A DNA stretch of 64,000 nucleotides, from the IMG/VR virus record IMGVR_UViG_3300042888_001173. One strand, 5' to 3'. The DNA comes from an uncultured virus (IMG/VR IMGVR_UViG_3300042888_001173). Its lineage: Duplodnaviria; Heunggongvirae; Uroviricota; Caudoviricetes. Positions 20,255 through 28,411 of the stretch are shown one piece after another. The first letter of the stretch is position 1. Each line of letters opens with the position of its first letter. Made by a program: the position numbers and the translations under genes. The notes beneath the pieces were generated by a model. It saw only the letters and a program-made list of their open reading frames with translations, ran no database searches and had not been told where the DNA came from.

Positions 20255-20325
20255 GACTATATTTAACAGTTATATATTATATAAAAATCTATATAGTGTG
20301 TTGAAAAACATGCTCAGGAAACCAA

Positions 20326-20913
20326 TTACATTGTGGGTCCGTTGCCACTCTTAAATCCAACGGTACCACCTTCTGCTTCAATACGTTTGATAACATCTTC
20401 AAACAAGATAGGAGCGAAATCCGGAGTTTGTTCTACACATACACAATGATAGCGAGTATCAATTACAGGAATTCCATACTTACCTGCAGGTTCCATCATT
20501 ACACGATTGGCGTGTAAGTGACCGTGAATGTTAGTACCAAAGCGGCCTAATGACTCTGGGTGCAACGGAATATGACTTAAAATAAGTCCGTTCATCACGT
20601 GGTAGGCACGTAATTCTCTAAAGTGTTCGCGATAGTCCTCGTCTCTAAAGATATCGTGGTTACCGCGTATTAACACTTTGTCACCGTTTAACCGATGTAA
20701 GATTTTCAAGGCCTTGCGGTTAATAACAACATCACCTAAATGGTAGACTTTGTCAGTGGGTTTTACACGTTCGTTCCAAGCCTTGACCATAGCTTCGTCC
20801 ATTTCTTCGGGACTATCCCATGGACGTAATTTTGTAACACCATCGTTACGGGTAAAGCGGCATACACCTGTGTGTCCAAAGTGCGTGTCGCTTACTAAGA
20901 ATACACTAGGCAT
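20326..20913 (-). CDS. calcineurin-like metallophosphoesterase
   Basis: SDTHFGH, HLGD, GNHD, HGHLH. Confidence 0.9.
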   Translation of the reverse strand: MPSVFLVSDTHFGHTGVCRFTRNDGVTKLRPWDSPEEMDEAMVKAWNERVKPTDKVYHLGDVVINRKALKILHRLNGDKVLIRGNHDIFRDEDYREHFRELRAYHVMNGLILSHIPLHPESLGRFGTNIHGHLHANRVMMEPAGKYGIPVIDTRYHCVCVEQTPDFAPILFEDVIKRIEAEGGTVGFKSGNGPTM

Positions 20914-20928
20914 ATTCGCCTCCTTTCT

Positions 20929-21102
20929 TTAATAAGTTTCTTTTACAATATCAAACTCTTCTTTAGGCCACTTGGCTTTAAATTCTTCCGACTTAACGTA
21001 ATCGTTGTATGCCTTAGCATCAAAGAATACTTTTTGGAATACTGTTGTAAATCCACCTTTTGGGTTTATAGTCAAATAAACCGATTTTGCCTTACCTGCC
21101 AT
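20929..21102 (-). CDS. small hypothetical protein (57 aa, MAGKAKSVYLT...)
   Basis: Read manually; fills the gap in the operon. Confidence 0.6.
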   Translation of the reverse strand: MAGKAKSVYLTINPKGGFTTVFQKVFFDAKAYNDYVKSEEFKAKWPKEEFDIVKETY

Positions 21103-21112
21103 TTTTTGCCTT

Positions 21113-21430
21113 TCAAGCTGTTAACCAATTGTCACTGTCTCTATATTCTATAGATTCGTTGCCGTCGTACTCTGTTACTTTAAACTGGGCTCCTACAGGA
21201 ACCCACTCTACCTGTAATGAGTCCATACCTCCGGCATATATTTCTGGATACTTTAACTCTACATATACCTTGAGTTCATCCCAGCGTTCTGTTTCCACAT
21301 ATTTTACTATAGTTGGATCAAAAACAATTTCTGGATATTCTGTGTTCCACGTATACCATCCTGCTCCAAATCCGGGAGAATACACTACACCTACTTTTCC
21401 GTTTTCTTGCAATTTATTCATGTTTAACAT
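21113..21430 (-). CDS. hypothetical protein
   Basis: YSPGFGAGWYTWN...EYDG.E. Confidence 0.7.
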   Translation of the reverse strand: MLNMNKLQENGKVGVVYSPGFGAGWYTWNTEYPEIVFDPTIVKYVETERWDELKVYVELKYPEIYAGGMDSLQVEWVPVGAQFKVTEYDGNESIEYRDSDNWLTA

Positions 21431-21630
21431 TCTAAATCAATGTGACGACCTTTGTCTAAATCTAAACGAAGATTTCTGCTCACTCGTTCTGCTATGATTT
21501 GATCAAGTCTGCGTTCTTCGATTTTTTTGGCGTAATCTTGCTCTCGTTGTTTTTCCAAACGAGTCTGATCTAAACGATACTGTTCTAGATTATACTTGAT
21601 AACGCTTTGTTCTGCTCTTGAAATACTCAT
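21424..21630 (-). CDS. hypothetical protein
   Basis: 68-aa ORF. Confidence 0.6.
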   Translation of the reverse strand: MSISRAEQSVIKYNLEQYRLDQTRLEKQREQDYAKKIEERRLDQIIAERVSRNLRLDLDKGRHIDLEC

Positions 21631-22094
21631 AGTTCATTCCTAAAAGTACGCCAATCATCTAAGTTTGGCTTTTCGTCTGGATCATATGTCCATCCTAACG
21701 CTTTCATCATGCGGTGCTTGACTAACAAATTTGGAGCACGGAATCTCTCAGTGTCATCAAACCCCATTGCTACACCAACCTCACAGACCGCACCCGATCG
21801 GCAAATGCCAGCATAGCAATGAACAACCACATTCATGCGATTTTCTAGTGCGTGTTGCAGTAGTCGAACAAGCTCTGCGGCCTGCTCATGACTACAACGC
21901 ATGGCTTCATCTAGAGCAAAGTCCTTTTCTTCAATGTCCAAAAACTCAAAGTCATGACGCTCTTTGAATTCATGCTTGGCTTCTGGACGCCAGCTTGCGG
22001 GATCAGTAATGCTGATCAACATACTATTCTCCCCGGCCGCATGATGGAATCCTGTTGGGATGTCAGCGGCTGCTACATTTTCAATCCACGGCAT
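21627..22094 (-). CDS. Cys-based protein tyrosine/dual-specificity phosphatase-like protein
   Basis: VHCYAGICRS (HCxxGxxRS). Confidence 0.85.
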   Translation of the reverse strand: MPWIENVAAADIPTGFHHAAGENSMLISITDPASWRPEAKHEFKERHDFEFLDIEEKDFALDEAMRCSHEQAAELVRLLQHALENRMNVVVHCYAGICRSGAVCEVGVAMGFDDTERFRAPNLLVKHRMMKALGWTYDPDEKPNLDDWRTFRNEL

Positions 22095-22106
22095 ATCTGC
22101 CTCCTA

Positions 22107-22367
22107 TCAAAATTCAGATCTAATAATCAATCGTTCTGCAATTTCTCTTGCAAACTGAGCTGCTTGTTTGTTAATGTCTTCCTTGCAGCCACGCACACGA
22201 TGAATCATCATCCATGTCTCAGCCTGTTTTTCCATCATGCTAGCAAAATCAGACCATGTAAAGTTTGGACCACGATACTTTGAATTACAGAACATTGCAA
22301 ATTGTCCTGCTACATTTGCGTAGCATATATTGGCAACTTCCAAGATCTTTTTATCACTAATGCTCAT
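22107..22367 (-). CDS. hypothetical protein
   Basis: 86-aa ORF. Confidence 0.55.
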   Translation of the reverse strand: MSISDKKILEVANICYANVAGQFAMFCNSKYRGPNFTWSDFASMMEKQAETWMMIHRVRGCKEDINKQAAQFAREIAERLIIRSEF

Positions 22368-22410
22368 TTTTTTGTACCCGTTCTTTCTCTATACGGCATA
22401 ATGCCTTTTG

Positions 22411-22629
22411 TTACAATCTATAAGAAACACGACCTTTTGACAGATCGTAAGGGCTAACTTCTATCTTGACACGATCACCAAGAATGATACGAATCTTGTG
22501 TTGCTTGAGTTTACCGCTGGTATAACACAGCATCAAGTTGGGCATGTTTTCAATTTTTACTTTATACATACTGCCCGGCAGAACTTCTTCTACAACACCT
22601 GTTAATTCGATTATATCTTCTTTAGCCAT
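22411..22629 (-). CDS. infA: translation initiation factor IF-1
   Basis: MAKEDIIE..G.V.E.LP...SGK....IRI..GD.V..E.SPYDLSKGR..YR. Confidence 0.97.
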   Translation of the reverse strand: MAKEDIIELTGVVEEVLPGSMYKVKIENMPNLMLCYTSGKLKQHKIRIILGDRVKIEVSPYDLSKGRVSYRL

Positions 22630-22636
22630 CTAGTTT

Positions 22637-22861
22637 TTATCTTTCCTTTTTAACACGGCCGATACGGCTCGATTTATTCCAATCGTATTTAACGCCATCT
22701 GGGCACTTTCCGTCTTTGATGCTGTCTACACCAAACACCCCTACGATTTCAAATTCGCCACCTTGAATGGTAACAAACACATTTAATTCTTTGGCAAATG
22801 TCAAGGCCAAATCCAAATTGGCAAACTCTGTTGAGCTTTGTTTTTCTATTACTTTGTACAT
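22637..22861 (-). CDS. hypothetical protein, probably leaderless mRNA
   Basis: ATG lies 6 nt after TATAAT. Confidence 0.65.
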   Translation of the reverse strand: MYKVIEKQSSTEFANLDLALTFAKELNVFVTIQGGEFEIVGVFGVDSIKDGKCPDGVKYDWNKSSRIGRVKKER

Positions 22862-22867
22862 ACGACT

Positions 22868-22896
22868 ATTATACTGTCTTTCCTTTAAGTTGTCAA
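22868..22896 (-). promoter_or_regulatory. sigma70 consensus promoter
   Basis: TTGACA-17bp-TATAAT. Confidence 0.85.
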
Positions 22897-22897
22897 G

Positions 22898-22971
22898 TGG
22901 TGCTCTAGCCAAGAATTGAACTTGAAATTCAGTCTTACCAAGACTGTGTAATACCATTTTACTACAAGAGC
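22898..22971 (-). tRNA. tRNA-Thr(GGT)
   Basis: Cloverleaf, CAGTC-TTGGTAA-GACTG, CCA. Confidence 0.9.
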
Positions 22972-22972
22972 G

Positions 22973-23047
22973 TGGTCCGGCCTACAGGAATCGAACCCAT
23001 ATTCACGGTGTAGAAGACCGCTGTATTATCCATTATACTAAGGCCGG
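22973..23047 (-). tRNA. tRNA-Arg(TCT)
   Basis: GCGGT-CTTCTAC-ACCGT, CCA. Confidence 0.93.
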
Positions 23048-23053
23048 ATAAAG

Positions 23054-23094
23054 AAAAACCCTGCCCTAAGTACTATGTCTTAGAGGGCAGGGCC
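23054..23094 (-). terminator. intrinsic terminator
   Basis: CCCTGCCCTCTAAG...CTTAGGGCAGGG followed by TTTTT. Confidence 0.75.
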
Positions 23095-23150
23095 GTGTTG
23101 TTGATGACAGACTATTTGGCTCATTATACTCCGCCTGTCAGGGAGAGTTG

Positions 23151-23585
23151 TTATTTTACATCGTACTCGTAGTTTACGGTGTCTAAATTTTCTCTAAAAA
23201 CTCCGGCGCCATTTTTGGTATGAAACTTCTTGGCCATATCGGTCTTTGGACTCAGAGTGACAAAGCGTTCTATGCTGGGAAATTGCTTTTGTATTTCTGC
23301 TACAGTTGCTCTCAGCAATTCTACACCAGCCCCCGGGGCGTAACTCCAAATGGTGTAGAAAATTGCTGCGGTTGGCACTTCCGTATCTTTGATCAAATCA
23401 TCGACATCTTCCGGTATGAAATCGTGTAAACTCACACATACCATAGCTCGAGGAATGTCATCAACTAGAGCACTCACAAACTTGTTCTTTCCTACCCTAA
23501 ACTCCTTAGGCAACTCAGGGCGAACAGGATCATCCTTTATGTAATCTAGGAGTGGGTCAGTGAGATTGGTGATAAAGGATAACAT
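23151..23585 (-). CDS. GNAT-fold protein resembling the malonyl-CoA decarboxylase catalytic domain
   Basis: AAIFYTIWSY..G.G..L....FVTLSP. Confidence 0.55.
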   Translation of the reverse strand: MLSFITNLTDPLLDYIKDDPVRPELPKEFRVGKNKFVSALVDDIPRAMVCVSLHDFIPEDVDDLIKDTEVPTAAIFYTIWSYAPGAGVELLRATVAEIQKQFPSIERFVTLSPKTDMAKKFHTKNGAGVFRENLDTVNYEYDVK

Positions 23586-23647
23586 TTTTTTCTTTCAGTT
23601 TATATGCGTACTTATGTCTTTTAGACAAAAAGACTGTTACAGTTTTA

Positions 23648-24226
23648 TTACGGTAGATATTCTACGTCCACTGCTAGGATAAATCTATAATCATTGCTTT
23701 GGACCACGCCCGGTCGATGCCATTGATTACTGGGATACAACAACCAACTGTAATCAGTAGGGCGAACAAAGAACTTTCCTTCGCCTTGGGGTCCATTTGG
23801 CGCCATTTCAGTTCCGCAATAATCACGGTCTTTTACATCCTCGGGAATATGCAGATAAAATATACCACTCAGCATCTTGGCATTTGGATTTGTAGGATGC
23901 CAATGATCGTGCCATAGCTTTTCACGATCTTCTACACCTTCTAGATTGGTCATAAATGCCCAGGCCATCATGTTATTGACTTTTACTTCTCGCCCAAGAT
24001 ACATAAACACACTGAACAAGAAACTCATACGGTACTTTAACCATACAGCTTCGGGTCTTGCAAATATGTTTTCTTGGGTTTGATACTTTGGACTATTTTT
24101 AAAATAGTTCCCATCGGCGACAATATTCTTTATAATGCCTATGGCAGTTGTATTATCTTCTTTACCGATCGTAGAACTAAAGTCAAATTTTCTAAAGGTA
24201 TCGTTTCTGTCAATAACTGTGTGCAT
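23648..24226 (-). CDS. 2OG-Fe(II) oxygenase-like protein
   Basis: WHDH...SGIFYL...WHRP...RF. Confidence 0.7.
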   Translation of the reverse strand: MHTVIDRNDTFRKFDFSSTIGKEDNTTAIGIIKNIVADGNYFKNSPKYQTQENIFARPEAVWLKYRMSFLFSVFMYLGREVKVNNMMAWAFMTNLEGVEDREKLWHDHWHPTNPNAKMLSGIFYLHIPEDVKDRDYCGTEMAPNGPQGEGKFFVRPTDYSWLLYPSNQWHRPGVVQSNDYRFILAVDVEYLP

Positions 24227-24230
24227 AATT

Positions 24231-24304
24231 TGGAGCGGGGTAACAGAATCGAACTGTCCGCATCAGATTGGAAATCTGAGGTATTACCACTATACGAACC
24301 CCGC
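24231..24304 (-). tRNA. tRNA-Gly(TCC)
   Basis: TCAGA-TTTCCAA-TCTGA, U73 discriminator, CCA. Confidence 0.93.
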
Positions 24305-24318
24305 ATTGTTATTTCTAT

Positions 24319-24504
24319 TTATTCGTCGTCTTCTGGAGGATTGGCCAAAGGTGAAGTTGAAGGCTTTTTCTTAGACCACATTGAATATGATTCTCCTTCG
24401 ACCCTACCACTTTGATTTGGTTTTAGTTGTTGAACTACACCACCTTTGGCTAGAAACTCAGCCATCGCTGCTTCTGTTGCCGCTTGATTTTCTGCTTTTG
24501 TCAT
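24319..24504 (-). CDS. small hypothetical protein
   Basis: 61 aa, EFLAKGG.V motif. Confidence 0.65.
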   Translation of the reverse strand: MTKAENQAATEAAMAEFLAKGGVVQQLKPNQSGRVEGESYSMWSKKKPSTSPLANPPEDDE

Positions 24505-24539
24505 TGTTGCCTTTTATAAAAAATTTGGTAGAAAACTGA

Positions 24540-25136
24540 CTAAATTATTAATTCAGTATTGAAACTAATAATTATTCGTTCGTCCGACTTATTCAACTCA
24601 GTGTCTGAACCATGTGGTAACCAGCTGGGAAATACTATTAATTTCCCAACAGTGGGTTCGAAACTCATTTTATTGTATGTATATGTTGTAAGATGTTTTT
24701 TAGGTAGATATTCTAAAAAAGGATTAACATTATTAAAAATAATTTTACTACTATTATTATCTACTTGCAAATACAATACGCCCGATATTAAACTAGAATA
24801 ATGAGTATGGGTTAATAATGCACTATCTTTATATTGAAAACTAGCCCAAGAATTACCTAGTTTACCACAGTTGTAACCAGATGTTTTTTCATATTCTAAC
24901 ACAATATCAGATAATGATGATAACATATTAGCACATGATTTTACATGTTGTTGAATGTCTTCTAATAATCTATTAGAAATATTAAATGTAGTAAACGATT
25001 TCCCAGTCATTGCCGGATAAGGTTTTTTAGGTAATCCTCGTATGTAAGTGACAATATCATTGCACTGAGTTACAGTCAAAAACTCTGAAACTTCAAAAAG
25101 TGAAATTGGAAATAGATTACATTTTGTTATTTTCAT
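24540..25136 (-). CDS. 2OG-Fe(II) oxygenase-like protein (TIGR02466-like)
   Basis: LFP, THTH..S.ISGVLY, FPSWLPH, ERIIISFN. Confidence 0.8.
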   Translation of the reverse strand: MKITKCNLFPISLFEVSEFLTVTQCNDIVTYIRGLPKKPYPAMTGKSFTTFNISNRLLEDIQQHVKSCANMLSSLSDIVLEYEKTSGYNCGKLGNSWASFQYKDSALLTHTHYSSLISGVLYLQVDNNSSKIIFNNVNPFLEYLPKKHLTTYTYNKMSFEPTVGKLIVFPSWLPHGSDTELNKSDERIIISFNTELII

Positions 25137-25149
25137 AAATTTAAAAAAT

Positions 25150-25226
25150 TGGTCGGAGTACAAGGATTCGAACCTTGGACCCCCTGGTCCCAAACCAGGT
25201 GCGCTACCAGACTGCGCCACACTCCG
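25150..25226 (-). tRNA. tRNA-Pro(TGG)
   Basis: CCTGG-TTTGGGA-CCAGG, CCA. Confidence 0.95.
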
Positions 25227-25228
25227 AA

Positions 25229-25378
25229 TTAATTGGGAATCATATGAGGAACATAGGGCACTGCTCTAGGACCGTATCTCTGTTGCAGAAGCTTCATTGC
25301 TTCCTGTGCTGTTTCTGCACCAACACGATCCTTGAATTCTTTGCCGTTGACTCTGATTGTTGCTTCAAATAATTTCAT
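25229..25378 (-). CDS. small hypothetical protein (49 aa, MKLFEATIRV...)
   Basis: ORF lying between two tRNAs. Confidence 0.55.
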   Translation of the reverse strand: MKLFEATIRVNGKEFKDRVGAETAQEAMKLLQQRYGPRAVPYVPHMIPN

Positions 25379-25383
25379 AATAT

Positions 25384-25459
25384 TGGTTGCAGGAGTCGGA
25401 GTCGAACCGACGATCTGAAGCTTATGAGACTTCCGAGATACCACCTTCTCCATCCTGCG
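25384..25459 (-). tRNA. tRNA-Met(CAT), initiator-like
   Basis: C1:A72 mismatch; anticodon arm GAAGT-CTCATAA-GCTTC. Confidence 0.9.
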
Positions 25460-25462
25460 ATA

Positions 25463-25575
25463 ACTTTATTAAAACAAACTAAGGCATATTAAAAGTTATA
25501 GCTATGCTAAAGAGCTCCGGGGAAGCCAAACCTAATCAAGTATTTCTACAAGATTCTAATTTGTTCTAATAAAGT
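25463..25575 (-). ncRNA. long-stem/variable-loop cassette A
   Basis: 20-bp stem ACTTTATTAGAACAAATTAG / TTAGTTTGTTTTAATAAAGT with G-U pairs on the minus strand. Confidence 0.6.
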
Positions 25576-25779
25576 GTCCGGCTACTTACACCACATAAGC
25601 CCCGAACTGAGCGGTTACTCTGTCCATAACATTTATTCTTCTGGAAAGGTGCTAAACCTCACCCAATGCGTTCTAGTATCCCTTAACTCAGAGAACTAAT
25701 GGTCATAGCATTGAATACCCGGCGCTCTCTATGGTGACTGCCCCACCCCCGTTTATTACGTGTACGGGATCACGGGTTT

Positions 25780-26352
25780 TTAAACTAAACCTTCTGATTG
25801 CAATGTTGCCACTACTTCTTCACTGAGTGGAATCTCTGTTTTGATATTTAACTCAAGTACTTCATCGTTGAGTTTCTGCTTTTGTTTCTTGAGATTTTTA
25901 ATCTCTGTACTAATCACATCTAGCTGTTCGTGACCGATGACATTAGTAGACACTGTGTCACTAAATCCATAGATACGGCTACGGCTACTTTCGCTCTTGT
26001 CGTTGCGAATCTTGTCCAACTTACCGTTGATCACGGCAAGATTAGTTACAGGATCTACTACAAGACCTTCAAGTTGAGCAACACGTTTGTCCACAAAGGC
26101 AGCAGTGGCCAATTTCAAATCAATGCCGCTTTGTGCGTTGGCACTGCCCACAAGACCACGAATGTTATACAAGGCCAACAGCAGGCGTTGTCTCCGACTG
26201 TCGTTGTTAAACAGCGTATCGTTGGCATTCTTTAGTTCTACTGCTACATCTTGAAATTCATTGAGATCAATCGATGTTGTGATTTTAATGCCCTTGATAG
26301 CATCATTGATGCTGTTTTGTAGGGCGCTGGCTTTTCTAAGTGAAATATTCAT
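25780..26352 (-). CDS. coiled-coil hypothetical protein
   Basis: 190 aa from MNISLRKA. Confidence 0.7.
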   Translation of the reverse strand: MNISLRKASALQNSINDAIKGIKITTSIDLNEFQDVAVELKNANDTLFNNDSRRQRLLLALYNIRGLVGSANAQSGIDLKLATAAFVDKRVAQLEGLVVDPVTNLAVINGKLDKIRNDKSESSRSRIYGFSDTVSTNVIGHEQLDVISTEIKNLKKQKQKLNDEVLELNIKTEIPLSEEVVATLQSEGLV

Positions 26353-26581
26353 CTCGTTGTCCTTTACGTTTTTTTGGTAATTTATTAATATAATCTTTAT
26401 AGGTATACTTGCCTTCTTCAATCTCTCGAAGTGCTGTAGAAATAAATGTTTTGCCTGGTTCAGCGACTTTGGGCATTGAACCGTTTTTTAACTCTCGGGC
26501 TCGCTGACTGGCAACTAGTACCAAGTCAAACCTATTGCCTATCTGTTCTACTGCTAATTCTGATGTTAATCTTGATGTCAT
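26336..26581 (-). CDS. rpoZ: RNA polymerase omega subunit
   Basis: AVEQIGNRFDLVLVASQRAREL...ALREIEEG. Confidence 0.92.
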   Translation of the reverse strand: MTSRLTSELAVEQIGNRFDLVLVASQRARELKNGSMPKVAEPGKTFISTALREIEEGKYTYKDYINKLPKKRKGQRDEYFT

Positions 26582-26599
26582 ATTTTCCTCAGGTTAAAA

Positions 26600-26826
26600 A
26601 ACGGTTCAGTGAAAGGTCAAGTAAAAGACTGGACAATGTGCAAATAACAATGCTCAATATACAATCCACAGGGGTCACTATATTTCCGGTAATCAATAAA
26701 CAAATATCTTTTGGGGCCGGAACACAATGACACGGATACTTTTTCAGAGTATTTGGAGTTAAGTTCCATTTGGCATGAAGCCAAACAGTAGTGTCTTCTC
26801 TCATCTACCTTTCACTTTGCCGGTTG
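26600..26826 (-). ncRNA. candidate structured RNA upstream of rpoZ
   Basis: Closing stem AGTGAAAGGT/ACCTTTCACT with internal hairpins; own promoter. Confidence 0.55.
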
Positions 26827-26848
26827 TGTATTGCTACACAACAAAACT

Positions 26849-26877
26849 ATTATAGCACTATACAAGATGTTTGTCAA
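26849..26877 (-). promoter_or_regulatory. sigma70 consensus promoter
   Basis: TTGACA-17bp-TATAAT. Confidence 0.85.
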
Positions 26878-26893
26878 CATCTTTTGACTATAT

Positions 26894-26967
26894 TGGTGCC
26901 CCTACACAGAATCGAACTGCAAACTGCGGATTACAAAACCGCCGTTATACCATTTAACTATAAGGGC
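26894..26967 (-). tRNA. tRNA-Thr(TGT)
   Basis: Loop TTTGTAA, CCA. Confidence 0.9.
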
Positions 26968-26973
26968 AATGCT

Positions 26974-27049
26974 TGGTGGAGGATAACGGATTCGAACCGT
27001 TTGCTCCTGGTTGCAAACCAGGTGTGTTAGCCAAGTATACCAATCCCCC
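26974..27049 (-). tRNA. tRNA-Ala(TGC)
   Basis: CCTGG-TTTGCAA-CCAGG, G3:U70, CCA. Confidence 0.93.
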
Positions 27050-27055
27050 AATATT

Positions 27056-27346
27056 TCACTTACCTTCGTTGAGTTTATACTCTTGAAGTTTTTCTTTAAA
27101 TGCTTCTTCGGTTAGTCCGTGCCAACCGATGCACTTGCCGGTTGGCGAACGACCGCAACCGCAAGATCCGATTTTACTTTCATCTTCTTTTACTCGTACT
27201 TGCATAGTATCAATCCTGTTAAATTCTTCATCTTCTCGAACTGCATCTTGCACTTCTTGAGGACTCTTGCGAAAAATTGTATCCCATCTATTGTCAAACT
27301 CACGCTGGCTGACACTAAAGGGTCTTGCTTTAGATCCCTTGCTCAT
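27056..27346 (-). CDS. small protein with CDGSH-like Fe-S motif
   Basis: CGCGRSPTGKCIGWH. Confidence 0.65.
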   Translation of the reverse strand: MSKGSKARPFSVSQREFDNRWDTIFRKSPQEVQDAVREDEEFNRIDTMQVRVKEDESKIGSCGCGRSPTGKCIGWHGLTEEAFKEKLQEYKLNEGK

Positions 27347-27347
27347 A

Positions 27348-27560
27348 TCAACTTCCTGAAGATACGGTCCCAGATGCATGGGTGGTAAAATTACCATTGC
27401 CCGGTTTGCGTGTTTCACGCTTGGGTTGAACAGCGGCACATAGCTCTGCATCAATCATGGCACGTTTCCACTCACCTCGCTTGTGAGGATCTAGAACTCT
27501 ACTCATTGCTAGACTTGCTTTAGTCAAAGATGACATCTTGTAATTTGGACCTGGTTTCAT
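27348..27560 (-). CDS. hypothetical protein
   Basis: 70 aa, AAGGA SD. Confidence 0.65.
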   Translation of the reverse strand: MKPGPNYKMSSLTKASLAMSRVLDPHKRGEWKRAMIDAELCAAVQPKRETRKPGNGNFTTHASGTVSSGS

Positions 27561-27581
27561 TATGTTTCCTTTATTAAAATC

Positions 27582-27785
27582 TGGTTGCTCTGACGTCCCC
27601 CGGCGGTAATTATAGTACAGAAAGATATGACGCTATCATACCTCTCACTCGTACCTTCCACCCGCTTCCCGACAGGGACCGTTCTCGCATTGCTAGCGGC
27701 CTTTGGGTTTAAAGACTACCACCCGTAGTTGTCACACTACTTCTCATCGTGCGGGTCACACTATCCGAAGACACTCGGAACGTTC
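27582..27785 (-). ncRNA. candidate ~200-nt structured RNA ending in ACCA
   Basis: GC-rich non-coding block with several hairpins directly 3' of tRNA-Ser. Confidence 0.5.
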
Positions 27786-27873
27786 TGGCGGAGCATGTAG
27801 GAATCGAACCTACTCACCACTTGCGCAGTGACAGATTAGCAATCTGTTGCCTTAACCGGTCGGCCAATGCTCC
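27786..27873 (-). tRNA. tRNA-Ser(GCT)
   Basis: ACAGA-TTGCTAA-TCTGT, long variable arm, GCCA end. Confidence 0.95.
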
Positions 27874-27874
27874 A

Positions 27875-28015
27875 TTATCTTGTTGCTTTACGTAGTAATT
27901 TATACCAGTAATATCTCACACCACGCCAAGTCGGCGTAAAATTCCAATTGACAGCAAACCCCACTTTGTTAGGAATATTTCGGTATGCCTGGTCTATAAT
28001 TTCTTTGGGTATCAT
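27875..28015 (-). CDS. small hypothetical protein (46 aa, MIPKEIIDQAY...)
   Basis: Read manually, between tRNAs. Confidence 0.45.
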   Translation of the reverse strand: MIPKEIIDQAYRNIPNKVGFAVNWNFTPTWRGVRYYWYKLLRKATR

Positions 28016-28034
28016 ACAGTCTTCTTTCTACTAG

Positions 28035-28109
28035 TGGTACCTGGTCACGGTTTCGAACCGCGGACCCTCTCGGTGTAAACGAGACGCTCTACCCCTGAGC
28101 TAACCAGGC
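28035..28109 (-). tRNA. tRNA-Val(TAC)
   Basis: TCTCG-TTTACAC-CGAGA, CCA. Confidence 0.95.
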
Positions 28110-28119
28110 AAAATTCTTT

Positions 28120-28206
28120 ACCATATTGAAACACACTAACTACCACGGTATGTACTAAAGTTCAATGAACCGTTACAACCCTATCTTTAATATGTTTCAA
28201 TATGGT
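28120..28206 (-). ncRNA. long-stem/variable-loop cassette B
   Basis: ACCATATTGAAACATATTAA / TTAGTGTGTTTCAATATGGT; begins with the ACCA of tRNA-Leu. Confidence 0.65.
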
Positions 28207-28286
28207 GCGCAAGGAGAGACTCGAACTCTCAATCCTTTCGGCAATGGCTTCTAAGACCATCGTGTATACCATTCCACCACTTGCGC
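28203..28286 (-). tRNA. tRNA-Leu(TAG)
   Basis: ATGGT-CTTAGAA-GCCAT, variable arm, CCA. Confidence 0.95.
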
Positions 28287-28339
28287 AAAATCTTACTTTA
28301 AATTTTTAATGAACATTACTAATTGCTTAGTATGTAACT

Positions 28340-28368
28340 ATTATATAGTCATTACGTTATCTTGTCAA
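28340..28368 (-). promoter_or_regulatory. sigma70 consensus promoter
   Basis: TTGACA-17bp-TATAAT. Confidence 0.85.
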
Positions 28369-28389
28369 CAGTTATTTTAAAATATTTTT

Positions 28390-28411
28390 TGGTGCCGTCC
28401 TTAGGATTGAA
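28390..28411 (-). pseudogene. tRNA 3'-end remnant fused to the end of a CDS
   Basis: TTCAATCCTAAGGACGGCACCA (T loop, acceptor strand, CCA). Confidence 0.55.

Noticed and set aside
25576..27785. tmRNA, RNase P RNA or group I intron calls for the structured blocks
   Set aside because: Diagnostic motifs (tmRNA Ala acceptor with tag ORF, RNase P P4 consensus, intron P7 core) were not recognisable
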